From assembly GCA_963734575.1 (NCBI GenBank), contig CAVTHT010000007.1:224549-288548 (forward strand): DNA of 64,000 bases. Reading direction: 5' to 3'. A program made the position numbers and the translations under genes. This DNA comes from an uncultured beta proteobacterium (GTDB taxonomy: Bacteria > Pseudomonadota > Gammaproteobacteria > Burkholderiales > Casimicrobiaceae). Under the pieces are notes generated by a model. The model was not told where the DNA came from. It worked only from the letters and a program-made list of their open reading frames with translations, and did no database searches. Numbering within the stretch: position 1 is the first letter of the stretch; each line of letters begins with the position of its first letter. Of the stretch, positions 1 to 11,389 are shown piece by piece.

Positions 1-560
1 ATACGCCGCCGATCGGAGCGTAGCCCGCCAGCGCAGTGGGCAGCGGCAACGGCAGCGCGGCATAGCCGATGGAGAGCCACGGAAAGCCGCGAGAACAGCC
101 AGCTCCGCAGCCACTCGAACAGTGACCATGCGGCCGCCGCAGCGACGAGCCGCGCCGCGCTTCCGGCCGGTGCGACACGAGCGGCGACGTACCCGGTGAA
201 TGCCGGGAACAGTGCGAGGTACAGACAGAAAAGCGCGGTGCCGAGCCCGGCAAGCAGCGCATCCATCTCGCCGAACGTGTTGAGCGCGACGTACACCCAG
301 GACACGCCCGCGAGGAAGAAGCCTGCGCCGAACGCAAAGCCCGAGCGCAGCGCATCGCGCGGCGAGGCTCGACGCCACGGCAGGAAGAGCAGCGCGAGCG
401 TGACGATCGGAAGGAAAGGAAGGCGGAAGGGCGCGAACGCGAACACCGTCGCGATGCCGGCGACGAGCGCAAGCAGCAACGGGGCGCGCTGCTCCGCCGG
501 GGCCAGCCGGGTCACCCAGCGCCCGCGGCGACGAGGATGCGGCGGGGACGCGGCGCTCAC
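1..560 (-). CDS. lnt: apolipoprotein N-acyltransferase Lnt, N-terminal ~185 codons (gene runs off window start); apparent frameshift near nt ~90
   Basis: Reverse-complement translation from GTG at 560 gives VSAASPP..LLLALVAGIATVFAFAPFRLPFLPIVTLALLFL..SWVYVALNTFGEMDALLAGLGTALFCLYLALFPAF.., typical of the Lnt N-terminal membrane region. The GTG overlaps the corC stop (GTGA) and the ybeZ-ybeY-corC-lnt order is conserved. It is absent from the ORF track because there is no in-window stop. Confidence 0.6.
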   Translation of the reverse strand, partial: MSAASPPHPRRRGRWVTRLAPAEQRAPLLLALVAGIATVFAFAPFRLPFLPIVTLALLFLPWRRASPRDALRSGFAFGAGFFLAGVSWVYVALNTFGEMDALLAGLGTALFCLYLALFPAFTGYVAARVAPAGSAARLVAAAAAWSLFEWLRSWLFSRLSVALHRLCRAAVAAAHCAGGLRSDRRR

Positions 561-1441
561 CGGTGCGCGGGGCGGGCGGCGATTTCGCCGTTGCCGCCGG
601 GCGCGGGCCGGAGCGGTTCGAGGTGGAGCGTGTAGAGACGACGGCTGTCGGCGCGAATCACCCGGAAACGGAAGTCGCCGATGGTCACGGCTTCGCCGCG
701 CTTCGGCAGACGGCCGAAGGCCTGCAGCACGAGTCCGCCGACCGTGTCGAACTCGTCATCGGCGAAGTCGGCGCCGAAGCGGGTATTGAAGTCGGCGATC
801 TCCGTCTGGGCCTTGACGCGATAGCGCCCGTTGGCCTCCGCGATGATGTTGTCCTCGCTCTCGTCGAAGTCGTACTCGTCCTCGATGTCGCCGACGATCT
901 GCTCCAGCACGTCCTCGATCGTGACGAGTCCCGACACCCCGCCGTACTCGTCGACGACGATCGCGATGTGGTTGCGATTGGCGCGAAAGTCGCGCAGCAG
1001 CACGTTGAGGCGCTTCGACTCGGGCACGAACACCGCGGGACGCAGCGTGTCGCGCAGGTTGAACCCCTCGGGATTCGCGTAATAGTTGAGGAGCTCCTTC
1101 GCGAGCAGGATGCCGACGATGTCGTCCTTGTTCTCGCCGATCACCGGGAAGCGCGAGTGGCGCGTCTCGAGCACGAGCGGGATGAAGTCCTCCGGATCGT
1201 CCTCGAGCGAGACGACGTCCATCTGGGCGCGCGGGATCATGATGTCGCGCACCGTCATCTCGGACACCGACATCACGCCCTCGATCATCGACAGCGCGTC
1301 CGCGTCGAGGAGCTTGCGCTCGAACGCCCCGTGCAGGAGCTCGAGCAGCTCCTCGCGGTCTTCCGGCTCGCGCGTCAGGAAGGCCGAGAGCCGCTCGATG
1401 AGGGTCGGGCGCGATTCGGGCTTGGCGTCGTCGACGGCCAT
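557..1441 (-). CDS. corC: CorC/HlyC-family Mg2+/Co2+ efflux-associated protein (CBS pair + transporter-associated domain), YbeX-like
   Basis: 294-aa ORF with two CBS domains and a C-terminal CorC_HlyC domain (..GILLAKELLNYY..LVTIEDVLEQIVGDIEDEYD..). Conserved position after ybeY. Confidence 0.85.
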   Translation of the reverse strand: MAVDDAKPESRPTLIERLSAFLTREPEDREELLELLHGAFERKLLDADALSMIEGVMSVSEMTVRDIMIPRAQMDVVSLEDDPEDFIPLVLETRHSRFPVIGENKDDIVGILLAKELLNYYANPEGFNLRDTLRPAVFVPESKRLNVLLRDFRANRNHIAIVVDEYGGVSGLVTIEDVLEQIVGDIEDEYDFDESEDNIIAEANGRYRVKAQTEIADFNTRFGADFADDEFDTVGGLVLQAFGRLPKRGEAVTIGDFRFRVIRADSRRLYTLHLEPLRPAPGGNGEIAARPAHR

Positions 1442-1447
1442 GTCGGT

Positions 1448-1927
1448 TCAGGCGCGCTGCGCCCGCGCCCGCTCTGGCGCGGACGCGGCGTACGGATCGG
1501 CCACGCCGAGGCCGGCGAGGATGCACGTCTCGCGCGCTTCCATGCGCTGCGCGTCGCGGTCGTGCTCGTGATCGTAGCCCTGCAGGTGCAGCATGCCGTG
1601 GACGACGAGGTGGGCGCAGTGATCGATCAAGGGCTTGCCCTGCAGGCGCGATTCGCGCCGCAGCACCGGCACGCACAGCACGAGGTCGCCGGCGAGGAGG
1701 GCGACATCATCGTACACGAAGGTCAGGACGTTGGTCGCCGAGGGCTTGCCGCGGTAGGCGGCGTTGAGGCGGCGCCCCTCGGCTTCACCGACGAAGCGCA
1801 CCGTGACGTCGACATCGCGCTCGACGGCCGCGCGTGCCCAGCGGCGGACGCTGGCCGCGGTCGGCAGCGACGCGGCGCTCACGGCGTACTGGACCCGCAG
1901 GACCAGGCGCGCCTGCCTCCGCGCGGC
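1448..1927 (-). CDS. ybeY: rRNA maturation endoribonuclease YbeY (start codon uncertain, no ATG; probably GTG/CTG near 1905-1930)
   Basis: ..[60 protein letters not shown].. matches the YbeY H3xH5xH zinc motif. It lies between phoH and corC as in the E. coli ybeZYX operon. Confidence 0.8.
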   Translation of the reverse strand, partial: AARRQARLVLRVQYAVSAASLPTAASVRRWARAAVERDVDVTVRFVGEAEGRRLNAAYRGKPSATNVLTFVYDDVALLAGDLVLCVPVLRRESRLQGKPLIDHCAHLVVHGMLHLQGYDHEHDRDAQRMEARETCILAGLGVADPYAASAPERARAQRA

Positions 1928-1940
1928 GCCGCCGGTGCCG

Positions 1941-2948
1941 CTAGCGATCGCTGGTGCCCGCGCCCTTTTGGGCTTCGATGTCGCGCTCGTAGGCGTTGAT
2001 GATCTTCTGGACGAGGGGATGGCGCACGACGTCGGCGCTCGTGAAGCGGGTGAAGGCGATGCCGCGCACGCCGGCGAGGATCCGATCGGCCTCGATGAGC
2101 CCACTCTTCTGGCCGCGCGCGAGATCGATCTGCGTGACGTCGCCGGTGATCACGGCCTTGGTGCCGAAGCCGATGCGCGTGAGGAACATCTTCATCTGCT
2201 CGGGCGTGGTGTTCTGCGCCTCGTCGAGGATGATGAAGGAGTGATTCAGCGTGCGGCCGCGCATGTAGGCGAGCGGGGCGATCTCGATGGTGCCGCGCTC
2301 GAAGAGCTTGCCGGTCTTGTCGAAGCCCATGAGGTCGTACAGCGCGTCGTACAGCGGGCGCAGGTACGGATCGACCTTCTGGGCGAGGTCGCCGGGCAGG
2401 AAGCCGAGGCGCTCGCCCGCTTCGACCGCGGGCCGCACTAGCACGAGGCGCTTCACGGCGTCGCGCTCGAGGGCATCCACCGCGCAGGCGACGGCGAGGT
2501 AGGTCTTGCCCGTCCCGGCGGGGCCGATGCCGAAGGTGATGTCGTGATCCTGGATGTGACGCAGGTAGACGTTCTGGTTCGGCGTGCGTCCGTGCAGGTC
2601 GGCGCGGCGCGTACGCAGCAACGGCAGGCCCTCCGCGTCGGACGGTGGCGGCGCAGAGGGCGCGAGCGCCGGCGCCTGCGTCGAGAGCTCGATGACGCCG
2701 AGCTGGATGTCGTCGACGGACAACGGCTTCTCCGCCATGGCGTAGAAGCGCTGCAGGGCCTCGGCCGCAAGTGCGGTCTGCGATGGCGTGCCGGTCAGCA
2801 CGAAATCACCGCCGCGGTGGGCGATGGTTACGTCGAGCGCGGCCTCGATCTGGCGGAGGTTCGCCTCGAGCGGCCCGCACAGGTTGGCGAGCGCGCGATT
2901 GTCCAGAGGGTCGAACGAGAGCTCGACCTGTTCGCGGGGAGCAGGCAT
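1941..2948 (-). CDS. ybeZ: PhoH-like ATPase (YbeZ)
   Basis: 335-aa ORF with Walker [15 protein letters not shown] and PhoH family signature. Intact. Confidence 0.85.
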   Translation of the reverse strand: MPAPREQVELSFDPLDNRALANLCGPLEANLRQIEAALDVTIAHRGGDFVLTGTPSQTALAAEALQRFYAMAEKPLSVDDIQLGVIELSTQAPALAPSAPPPSDAEGLPLLRTRRADLHGRTPNQNVYLRHIQDHDITFGIGPAGTGKTYLAVACAVDALERDAVKRLVLVRPAVEAGERLGFLPGDLAQKVDPYLRPLYDALYDLMGFDKTGKLFERGTIEIAPLAYMRGRTLNHSFIILDEAQNTTPEQMKMFLTRIGFGTKAVITGDVTQIDLARGQKSGLIEADRILAGVRGIAFTRFTSADVVRHPLVQKIINAYERDIEAQKGAGTSDR

Positions 2949-3028
2949 GGAGGCCGATTATGGCATCCAGCCGTGCTCCCGGCTCCGGTCGGGCGCGGCG
3001 GGGTTCTCCGCGCCCGGCTGTACGCGAG

Positions 3029-5805
3029 CTAAACGCCCGGACGCACGATGGGCGCGCGGATGGCCTCGTCGAGCGTGGCGTAGCTCTCCGCGAGATGCGC
3101 CCGGGCCTCCTTCGAGAACCATGACTTGTTCTGCGCCGCGAGGATCTCGCCGCGCAGCTCGCGCGCCTCTTCACGCAGCAGCGCGCGCGCATCGGCGGGC
3201 ATCGACGCGGCCGGCCGGACCAGCGCTGCCGCGATGCGGCCCACGTGCTCGCGCTGGAGATTGCGCCGGAAGAGATTGATGTCGCGGCGCGTCGCGAGCT
3301 CGCTCCAGATGGACTTCTGCAGCGCGTCGTACAGCTCGGACAGGCGCAGCACCTGCTCGGGGTTGCCGACCTTCGACTCGGAGTCGAGGAGCCGCGCCGC
3401 GACCGAGGCGTCCATCAGCTGGCCGAGCGCGCCGGATTGCAGCGCCAGCACGCGGCTGGTGAGGCTGAAGTCCGGATTCGTGGGCCACTGCGCCATCAGG
3501 TAGTCGACGCCCATGCGCTGCATGAACTCGGGATCGAACCGGAAGCTGTCCGCCGAGAAGATGCTGTCCGTCAGGAGCTTCAGCGCCGCACGCTGCTTGT
3601 CGGCCGACACCGGGGTGAGCGGATTGCGCCCCGTGCCTGCATAGTCGCGCACGTACGACACGCCGGAGATGTACTTGGATGCGACCTGCGCGGCGCGCAG
3701 CGTCTGGCGCAGGCCGGAGTCGAAGCTGCGCCGGAGCACGTCGTAGGGTTGCCCGACCGACAGGCTCTTGCCCTGCAGGCGCGTCCACAGCTCGTCGGTG
3801 AGCCGGAAGCGACGTTGCAGGTAGGCGAGGGAATCGCTGCCGAAATCGAACTGGCTCGCGGCCGGATCCACGCCGGAAACCGACTCCTCGTCGGACGAGA
3901 ACGCGAGCTCCGGCTCGGAGGAGCCCCGTGCCGCGATCTTGCCGAGCTCCGCCTTCTCGACCGCCGGGTCGAGCGGCTTGTAGGCGTACTCGATTGCCCA
4001 GTAGTCGTACGGTCCCAGCGTGGACTGATGGAACTCGCCCTGCGGCTCGCCCTTGGGCGCGATGTTCACCGGCGCGTAATCCATCACCGATCCGGCGAGG
4101 CCGTGCGTGGCAGTGAAGCCGCGATCGGAGAGCTTCTCGAGCGGGTAGGCGGTGGAACCGCGGAAGTTGTGACGCAATCCCAGCGCGTGCCCGACCTCGT
4201 GCATCACGACGTCCTTGAGCGCTCCCATCACGAACGCCTCGACCTCGGGGCCGTCGGCGTCGATGTCGCCCCGTTCCTCCAGGAGATCGAGGCCGAACTG
4301 CGTTTCGTCGAGCGCCGCGGCGGCGTAATCGCAGAAGCGGTCGTTGCGCGACCGGTGCTCCTGCGCCGCTGCAGCGGCATGCGCTGCCGGCCACGCTGCC
4401 GTGCCAACGTCCTCGCGCAGGAAGCGGCGGTCGCCGCGGGCCCAGTTTTCGGGGATCGCGACGTCCGCATCGAGGATCTCGCCGGTGCGCGGGTCGACGT
4501 CGCTCGGCCCGATGGCGAAGCCGACGTCGGTGCCGGAGAACCAGCGGACGGTCGCATGGCGGGCGTCGGCCGTCTCGAACTCGGCGTCGTCGGGCTGCTG
4601 CTCCACCACGATGGCATTGCGGAAGCCGATGCGCTCGAACGCCTTGTTCCATTCGAGAATGCCCTCGCGCACTGCGGCGCGGTACTTCCCGGGCACGTTG
4701 CGGTCGATCCAGAACGTGATGGGCTTCACGGGCTCGGACAGCGCCGCCGCCGGGTCCTTCTTCTCCAGGCGCCAGCGATCCACGTAGTGCTTGCGTGCGG
4801 TGTAGTGCAGGTCGTCGGTGAAGTCCCACACCTCGGACGCGAAATGCCCGACGCGCGGATCCGCGGTGCGCGGCGGTCATCGGCGGCGGGAGCTCGGCGA
4901 AGCTGTACTGGATGCCGAGGAAGAGGCTGCGCGCATCCGGCAGGTTCTCGAACGCCGCGCCGGCCGGCCCGCCGCGCGCCACCCTTGCCGCTGCTGTAAT
5001 GGGCGAGGATCAGGAACGAGCTCTCCTCCGCGTTCCCGTACGCCTTCTCGATGCTCGAGTTGCGCGGATCGAACGAATAGCCGCGCTTGTATACCCCCTC
5101 CGCGAACCGCGACACCGCCGGCAGGTCGTTCAGCAGCAGCATGTTGGCTTCGACGAGGATCGACTTGCGCGTGGGATGCGGCTGGCTCAGCACGGGCGCG
5201 TACGACAGCAGGCTGTCGGAGAAGCTCTCCTGCACCATGCGCGCCATCGGCGTGCCTTCCTTGGCGATGAACTGGGTGTTGCGCGCGATGAGCTGCACGT
5301 TGTTGCCGACGCGCTTGAACCGCGCCACCTGACTGAAGCCCATCATCCCGCCGTACACGCCCTTCTCGCCGATCCCGCGGACATGATTGAGCTGGAACAG
5401 GAACGGCACGTTGAGCTGGTCCTCCGCGATCTCGATCAGGACCTTCTCGTCCTTCTGCCACATGCGGAAATAGCCGGGGATCTCCTTCGCGTCCTTGACG
5501 ACATCGGCGAAGGGCCGCGGCTGGCCCTGCGAGACGGCGGCCGCAGCAGCCGCGGCAGCCGCAGCAGCCGCCGGCGGCATCGCCTGGGTGCTGCCGCTGG
5601 GATTGTTGGTGCTGCGTGCGTTGGTTGCGGCCTGGGCCGCGGCGATGCCCGTCTTCGCCGCGTCGGCGGCGTCGCCGTTCGAGGCCGACAGCAGGTGGTC
5701 GATCGGAATCGACGCGCAGCCGGAGAGAAGCGAGCCTGCGGCGATCAGCGCGAGCGCGGAGCGGCGCAGGCGAAACGGGATGAAGCGGGCGGGGAAGCTC
5801 TGCAT
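3029..5805 (-). CDS. secreted zinc-dependent metalloprotease ([13 protein letters not shown] motif; DUF4953/DUF5117-like), lipoprotein signal (LLSGC); reading frame broken twice near 4975 and 4880 (possible pseudogene or indel errors)
   Basis: The N-terminal part lies in the 4726..6183 ORF frame from M at 5805 ([19 protein letters not shown].., poly-Ala tract). It continues in a third frame (..[24 protein letters not shown]..) and then in the 3029..4831 ORF (..[32 protein letters not shown]..). The joined reading gives one ~925-aa protease. Confidence 0.7.
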
Positions 5806-5932
5806 GTCGTGACCTCGACGATGGTCGGCGTCCCGGTTGGGCGGGTACCGAAGGTGGCAAGGATTCGCCGCACGGCTCTGGTCACAGTCGGCCGTTTTCC
5901 ACGGGCTGATGTCATCTCCCTCATCAGCCTGC

Positions 5933-7274
5933 TCATGCGGTGGGATGGAACAACTCGCCGCGGAGCGAGTGCGGGAGGGCAGCCGTGATCGCGACGTCGA
6001 CGTAGCGATGCACGAGGTCGCGGGCCCCCGCGAAGTTGACGACGCGGTTGTTCGCCGTCCGCGCGGCGAGCTCCGTCTTGTCCTTGGCCGCCGCGCCCGT
6101 GACGAGCACGCGCTGGCGGGAACCGACCATCGCCTCGCTGTACGCGCGGTATTGCGCGTCGAGAAGCGCCTGCAGACGCGCAAGGCGCGCCTGCTGGACG
6201 GCCGGGGGAATCTGGTCGGACATCTCGGCGGCGGGTGTGCCCGGCCGCGAGCTGTACGCGAAACTGAAGGCGCCGTCGAAGCGGACGTCCTCCACGAGGC
6301 GCAGCGTGGCCTCGAAATCCGCCTCCGTCTCGCCGGGGAACCCGACGATGAAGTCGGAGGTCAGCGAGAGATCGGCGCGTTGTGCCCGCAGGCGGCGCAC
6401 GATGGATTTGTACTCGAGTGCGGTGTAGCCGCGTTTCATCGCCGCGAGCATGCGGTCGGCGCCCGACTGCACGGGCAGGTGCAGGTGCCCCACGAGCTTG
6501 TCGAGGCGGCCGTACAGCGCGATCAGGCGCGGCGTCATTTCCTTCGGATGCGACGTCGTGTACCGGATCCGCTCGATGCCCGGGATCTCGGCGACCGTCT
6601 CGACCAGCGTTGCGAAGTCCATGACCTCGGCTGCGCCGCGCGTGGCCGGTCCGCGATACGCATTGACGTTCTGGCCGAGCAGCGTGACCTCCTGCACGCC
6701 CTGGTCCGCGAGATCGGCGATCTCCGTCAGGACGTCGTCGAAGCGGGCGGGAGACTTCCTCGCCGCGGGTGTAGGGCACGACACAGAAGGAGCAATACTT
6801 GCTGCAGCCTTCCATGATGGACACGAACGCACTGGCACCCTCGACCGTGGGCGGCGGCAGGTGATCGAACTTCTCGACCTCGGGGAAGCTGATGTCGACC
6901 TGCGGGGTCCCGCTGGAGCGGCGCTCGCGGATGAGCTCTGGCAGCCGATGCAGCGTCTGCGGACCGAACACGACGTCGACGTAGGGCGCGCGGCGGACGA
7001 TCGCCGCGCCTTCCTGGCTCGCCACGCAGCCGCCGACGCCGATGATGAGATCGGGCCGCTCCTGCTTGAGCGCACGCACGCGGCCGAGGTCGTGGAACAC
7101 GCGCTCCTGCGCCTTCTCGCGCACGGAACAGGTATTGAACAGGATGACATCGGCGTCCTCGGGCTGGTCGGTGAGCGACAGACCATCGGACGCGCCGAGC
7201 ACCTCGGCCATCTTGGCCGAGTCATACTCGTTCATCTGGCACCCGAAGGTGCGGATGTAAAGCTTGCGGTTCAC
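5933..7274 (-). CDS. miaB: tRNA-i6A37 methylthiotransferase MiaB; +1 frameshift near 6757 in a CCCGC run
   Basis: N-terminus ..[40 protein letters not shown] is in the 7421 frame with a GTG start at 7274. The C-terminus ..[35 protein letters not shown] domain is in the 7225 frame. The two halves align colinearly to E. coli MiaB. Confidence 0.85.
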
Positions 7275-7444
7275 GGCGACCGCCACTGTCCGGGGCAGAC
7301 AGACGACGTCAATACAGGGGTCGCCGAGTGTACTCGAATGTCGCACCAGCGTCTGTCGGTCGCGCGTCGTTTCGAATCGACCATTTGTCTGATCACATAC
7401 CCGACCAAAGTGCGGGGTCATCGCACGAGCGCGCCGAGTAAGCG

Positions 7445-7640
7445 ACGCGGCTGCGCTAAGATTCGTGCAGCAGGTGTCCGCCGCACGTTCCGGTGCGGCG
7501 GGTGAAACGGGAATGCGGTGCTGCGCGATTCATCGCGCCAAGCCGCGGCTGCCCCCGCAACGGTAGGCCAGTGTGGGACGTCCACGCGCCACTGTCGCTA
7601 CGCCGGAAGGTGAACGCGATGGGAAGGCGGGCGTCCAGGA
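7445..7640 (+). ncRNA. cobalamin (AdoCbl) riboswitch in the btuB leader
   Basis: Conserved elements are present in canonical order: ..GGGAAtgcGGTGc.., GCTGCCCCCGCAACGGTAG, and the B12 box GCCACTG followed by GGGAAGGCG. It sits directly upstream of a TonB-dependent receptor on the same strand. Confidence 0.7.
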
Positions 7641-7775
7641 CTGGCGAGCCCGGAGACCGGCCTGCGCCCGGCCGCTGCTCGCGCGGCGTGCCGGTCCACG
7701 CGGACGGCCCGCTCTCTGCGCCATCCGCTCCACGCCAATTTGCCGTGCGGGGTCGCATGGCTTGTGGAGTGCAGC

Positions 7776-9655
7776 ATGTCCCGTTCCTTCGCCTCGCAGT
7801 GCGTCGCGCCCGCCTGCGCGTGCGCATTCGCGGTTGTCGTGCCTGTTCGCCGCTCCCGTTCGTGCGCAGCCCGTCGCCGACAAGCCGATGATTCCGCCGG
7901 TGATCGTCACGGCAACCCGATCGCCCGCAACAGGCCGGGGACGCCCTCGCCGACATCACCGTCATCGAGCGCGACGAGATCGAGCGCGCCGGACCGAACG
8001 GCCTCGCGGCGCTGCTGCAGCGTCAACCCGGCGTCGAGATCACGCGCAACGGCGGGCCCGGCGGCGTGTCCGGCATCTTCCTGCGCGGCACCAACCGCGG
8101 CCAGGCCATCGTGCTGATCGATGGCGTGCGCGTGATGTCGGCCAGCAGCGGCGCTGCCACGGTGGAAGCCATTCCGCTGGACGAGATCGATCACATCGAG
8201 ATCCTGCGCGGCCCCGCCTCCGGACTCTATGGCGCCGATGCCATCGGCGGCGTGATCCAGGTATTCACCCGCCGGGGTGGTTCGAGCACGACCGGTGCCG
8301 TTCGCGCCGGGTATGGCACGTACGACACGCGCGAGGCATCGGGGAGCATCGCCGGGGCGGCGGGTCCGGTGCGCTTCGCCGTATCGGGATCGCATCGCGC
8401 CAGCCGGGGCTTCAATGCAGTGAGCGATCCCGCCGACTTCAATTTCGACCCGGACCGCGACGGCTACCTGTGCGGACGCCGGCACCGCCAATGCGCAATG
8501 GACGTGGGCGCCCGGGCAGGTGCTGGACGGCACGTACCTGCGCAGCCGGCTCGACGCGCAATACGATGCAGGGCCCGGACACGACGATCGCACGATCACG
8601 GTCGTCGAGACCGCGCAGGTTGCGAGCAGACAACCGGCTCGCGCGCAACTGGCTGTCCCGCCTCACCGTCGGGCCAGAGCACCGACGACAGCGTGTCGCG
8701 CACGGGCTTCGGCGACTTCCCGTTCCGCACGCGCGAGCGGCAATACGCTTGGCTGCAACGACCTGACGCTGCCCGCGGCGCACTCACGCTCGGGCTCGAG
8801 CGTCGCGAGGAGCGCATCGCCGCCGATGCAGGCTTTGCGGTGACTGCGCGCGACACCAATGCAGCGCTGGCGCTGTATCAGTGGCGCGGCGGACCGCACG
8901 CGCTGCAGGCCAACGTGCGGCGCGATGACTCGTCGCAATTCGGCGGACGCAACACCGGCGGCGGCCGGTATGCCTTCCAGCTTTCACGGGAGCTGGAGGT
9001 GTCGGCGTCGGCCGGCACGGCGTTCAAGGCGCCTTCGTTCAACGACCTGTACTTTCCCGGCTTCTCGAATCCCGCGCTGCGTCCGGAGACTTCGCGCAAT
9101 GTCGAGGCCGGCGTGACGTGGCGCGCCAGCACGGTGGCCGGCACCGTGCCGATCGCGTGGGAGGCGACGGGCGTCGCGTATCGCAATCTCGTGCGCGACC
9201 TGATCGTGTTCCAGTGCGATGCGCAGTTCGCGTGCGCACCGCAGAACGTGTCCGATGCGACGCTCGCGGGCGTCACGTTCGGCCTCGATGCCCGTCGCGG
9301 GGATACATCGCTGACCGCGTCGCTCGACCTGCAGGACCCACGCGACGAGCGCACCGATCACCTGCTGCCACGTCGCGCGCGCCGCCACGGCGCGATCAAC
9401 GTGGCGCAGCGATGGGGCGCGGTGATCCTCACTGCCGAGTTCGTCGCTTCCTCGGCGCGCTACGACGACGTCGACAACCTGCGGCGTCTCGCCGGCTACG
9501 GCATCGTGAACATGACGGCGCAGTGGACGCTCGCGCCCGGCTGGTCGTTGCTCGTGCGTGCCGACAACGTCTTCGACAAGCCGTACGAGCTCGCCGCGAA
9601 CTACGCGACCGGCGGGGCGATGCTGTTCGCGGCGCTGCGCTGGCAGTCGCGATGA
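7776..9655 (+). CDS. btuB: TonB-dependent vitamin B12 outer-membrane receptor BtuB; at least one frameshift near 7925 in the plug domain, signal-peptide region also frame-broken
   Basis: ..VIVTATRS then PQQAGDALADITVIERDEIERAGPNGLAALLQRQPGVEITRNGGPGGVSGIFLRGTNRGQ.. gives a TonB box and plug. The C-terminal beta-barrel ends in the terminal aromatic (..LRWQSR). It lies downstream of the cobalamin riboswitch. Confidence 0.75.
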
Positions 9656-10545
9656 TCGGGCACGCATTCGCCGTGCTCGTCCTGGCCATCGCCGCGTCGC
9701 TGGCAGGCGCCGCCGGCCCGACGATGACTGGCGATGCCGGCGCCACCGTCGCGCTCGCGCGACCGCCGCAGCGCGTCGTGAGCCTCGCGCCGAACGTGAC
9801 GGAGATGGTTTATGCGGCTGGCGGCGGTGCGCGCATCGTCGCCACCGTGGCGAGCTCGGATTACCCGCCGCCGGCGCGTGCGCTGCCGCGCGTCGGCGAT
9901 GCGATGACCCTCGACATCGAGCGCATCCTGGCGTTGCAACCCGACCTCATCGTGACCTGGCCCTTCACCGTGCCGGCGCAACTCGCCCCGCTGCGCGCGC
10001 GCGGCATCCCGATCGTGGTCATCGATCCGCATTCCGTGCAGGATATCGCCACCGACCTCGAACGGTTGGGCGCGCTGCTCGGCACGTCGGCGGTGGCAGC
10101 ACCCGCGGCGGCGGCGATCCGCGATCGCGCCGCGGCCCTGCAGGCGCGGTACGCCGCACGCGCGCCGGTACGCGTCTTCTACGAGGTGTGGCCTGCGCCG
10201 CTCGTCACGCTGGGTGGTCCGCACCTCGTGACGCGTGCGCTGGAAACCTGCGGCGGACGCAACGTCTTCGCAGCGCTCGACCTGCCGGCGCCGAACGTGA
10301 GCATCGAGGCGGTGCTGGAGGCGCGCCCGGAAGCGATCGTGGCCGGCGCGGATGGCGGCCGTCGCCCGCCGTGGCTGGACGAATGGCGGCGCTGGGTCGC
10401 GCTTCCGGCCGTGGTGCACGGCAATCTCTTCGCCGCGAGCGCCGATCTGCTGCACCGGCCCGGTCCGCGCTTCGTCGACGGCGTCGCGGAGCTCTGCGAG
10501 ATCCTCGAGCGCGCCCGCGCGAACCGGGCGCGGGTTGCGAATTGA
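9652..10545 (+). CDS. btuF: vitamin B12 ABC transporter periplasmic binding protein BtuF
   Basis: ATG overlaps the btuB stop (ATGA). RVVSLAPNVTEMVYAAG..SDYPPPA..LQPDLIV.. aligns with E. coli BtuF. Confidence 0.7.
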   Translation: MIGHAFAVLVLAIAASLAGAAGPTMTGDAGATVALARPPQRVVSLAPNVTEMVYAAGGGARIVATVASSDYPPPARALPRVGDAMTLDIERILALQPDLIVTWPFTVPAQLAPLRARGIPIVVIDPHSVQDIATDLERLGALLGTSAVAAPAAAAIRDRAAALQARYAARAPVRVFYEVWPAPLVTLGGPHLVTRALETCGGRNVFAALDLPAPNVSIEAVLEARPEAIVAGADGGRRPPWLDEWRRWVALPAVVHGNLFAASADLLHRPGPRFVDGVAELCEILERARANRARVAN

Positions 10546-10552
10546 GGAACGC

Positions 10553-11389
10553 TCAGGCGGGAAGCAGTGTGCGATGCAACGCGTCGCCGACCGACACCAG
10601 CGGCTGGTCGAAGAGCTCCGACATGCGGCTCGCCGTCAGCACTTCCGTGGCGGCGCCGAAGCACGCGCGGCCGTGGCCGATGGCGATGGCCGTGTCGGCG
10701 TAGCGCAGCGCGAGATGCAGGTCATGCAGCACGAGCACGAGCGCCGCGCCCCGCTCGCGCTTGTAGCTCGCGAGCAGGTCGAGAATCGCGATCTGATGGC
10801 GCAGATCGAGGTGCGCGGTGGGCTCGTCGAGGAGGAGGAGCGGCGCATCCTGCGCGAGGACGCAGGCGATGGCGACGCGTCTGCGCTCGCCGCCGGAGAG
10901 CGTCGCGACCTCGCGCGATTCGAGGCCGCCGAGGTCGACGCTCGCCAACGCAGCGCGCGCGGTGGCCATGTCGTGCGCGGACTCCCAGCGCCACGGCTTC
11001 ACGTGCGGATGCCGGCCGACCAGCACCGTCTCGAGCACCGTCGCCGGGAAAGCATCGTGATCGTATTGCGGCAGCCACGCCCGCTGTCGTGCGCGCTGCC
11101 GCGGGTCGAGCCCTTCGATGGGCTGACCGTTGTACGCGATGCGGCCGTGCGACGGAGCGCGCAGTCCTGCGAGGGCGGCAAGCAGCGTGGTCTTGCCCGC
11201 GCCGTTCGGACCGACGATCACGGCGCATTCGCCCGGCGCAATCGCAAAGTCGAGCTGCTCGCAGAACCGGCGACCCGCGATGCCGACCGCGAGCTCCGTC
11301 ACACCGAGGCGCGACGCAGCGCTCGTCGTTTCACCCGCGCTTACGACGTTGCGGGCCGTCGTGTGCGCATCGTGGCCCGCATCGCTCAT
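10553..11389 (-). CDS. btuD: ABC transporter ATP-binding protein (BtuD/FecE-type)
   Basis: MSDAGHDAH..VGPNGAGKTTLLAALAG..LSGGERRRVAIACVLAQDAPLLLLDEPTAHLD.. The start overlaps the btuC stop. Confidence 0.75.
   Translation of the reverse strand: MSDAGHDAHTTARNVVSAGETTSAASRLGVTELAVGIAGRRFCEQLDFAIAPGECAVIVGPNGAGKTTLLAALAGLRAPSHGRIAYNGQPIEGLDPRQRARQRAWLPQYDHDAFPATVLETVLVGRHPHVKPWRWESAHDMATARAALASVDLGGLESREVATLSGGERRRVAIACVLAQDAPLLLLDEPTAHLDLRHQIAILDLLASYKRERGAALVLVLHDLHLALRYADTAIAIGHGRACFGAATEVLTASRMSELFDQPLVSVGDALHRTLLPA

Noticed and set aside
196-3279. Numerous long ORFs on the strand opposite to lnt/corC/ybeY/phoH (e.g. 196..789, 563..1999, 756..1676, 2544..3032) with Arg/Ala/Gly/Pro-rich products
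   Set aside because: These are typical antisense or shadow ORFs of a ~70% GC genome. They have low-complexity products and no homology. They overlap well-supported genes.
3029-6183. Treating 3029..4831 and 4726..6183 as two separate genes
   Set aside because: Together with a bridging segment in the third frame (..[24 protein letters not shown]..) they form one colinear metalloprotease. The split is caused by two 1-bp frame changes.
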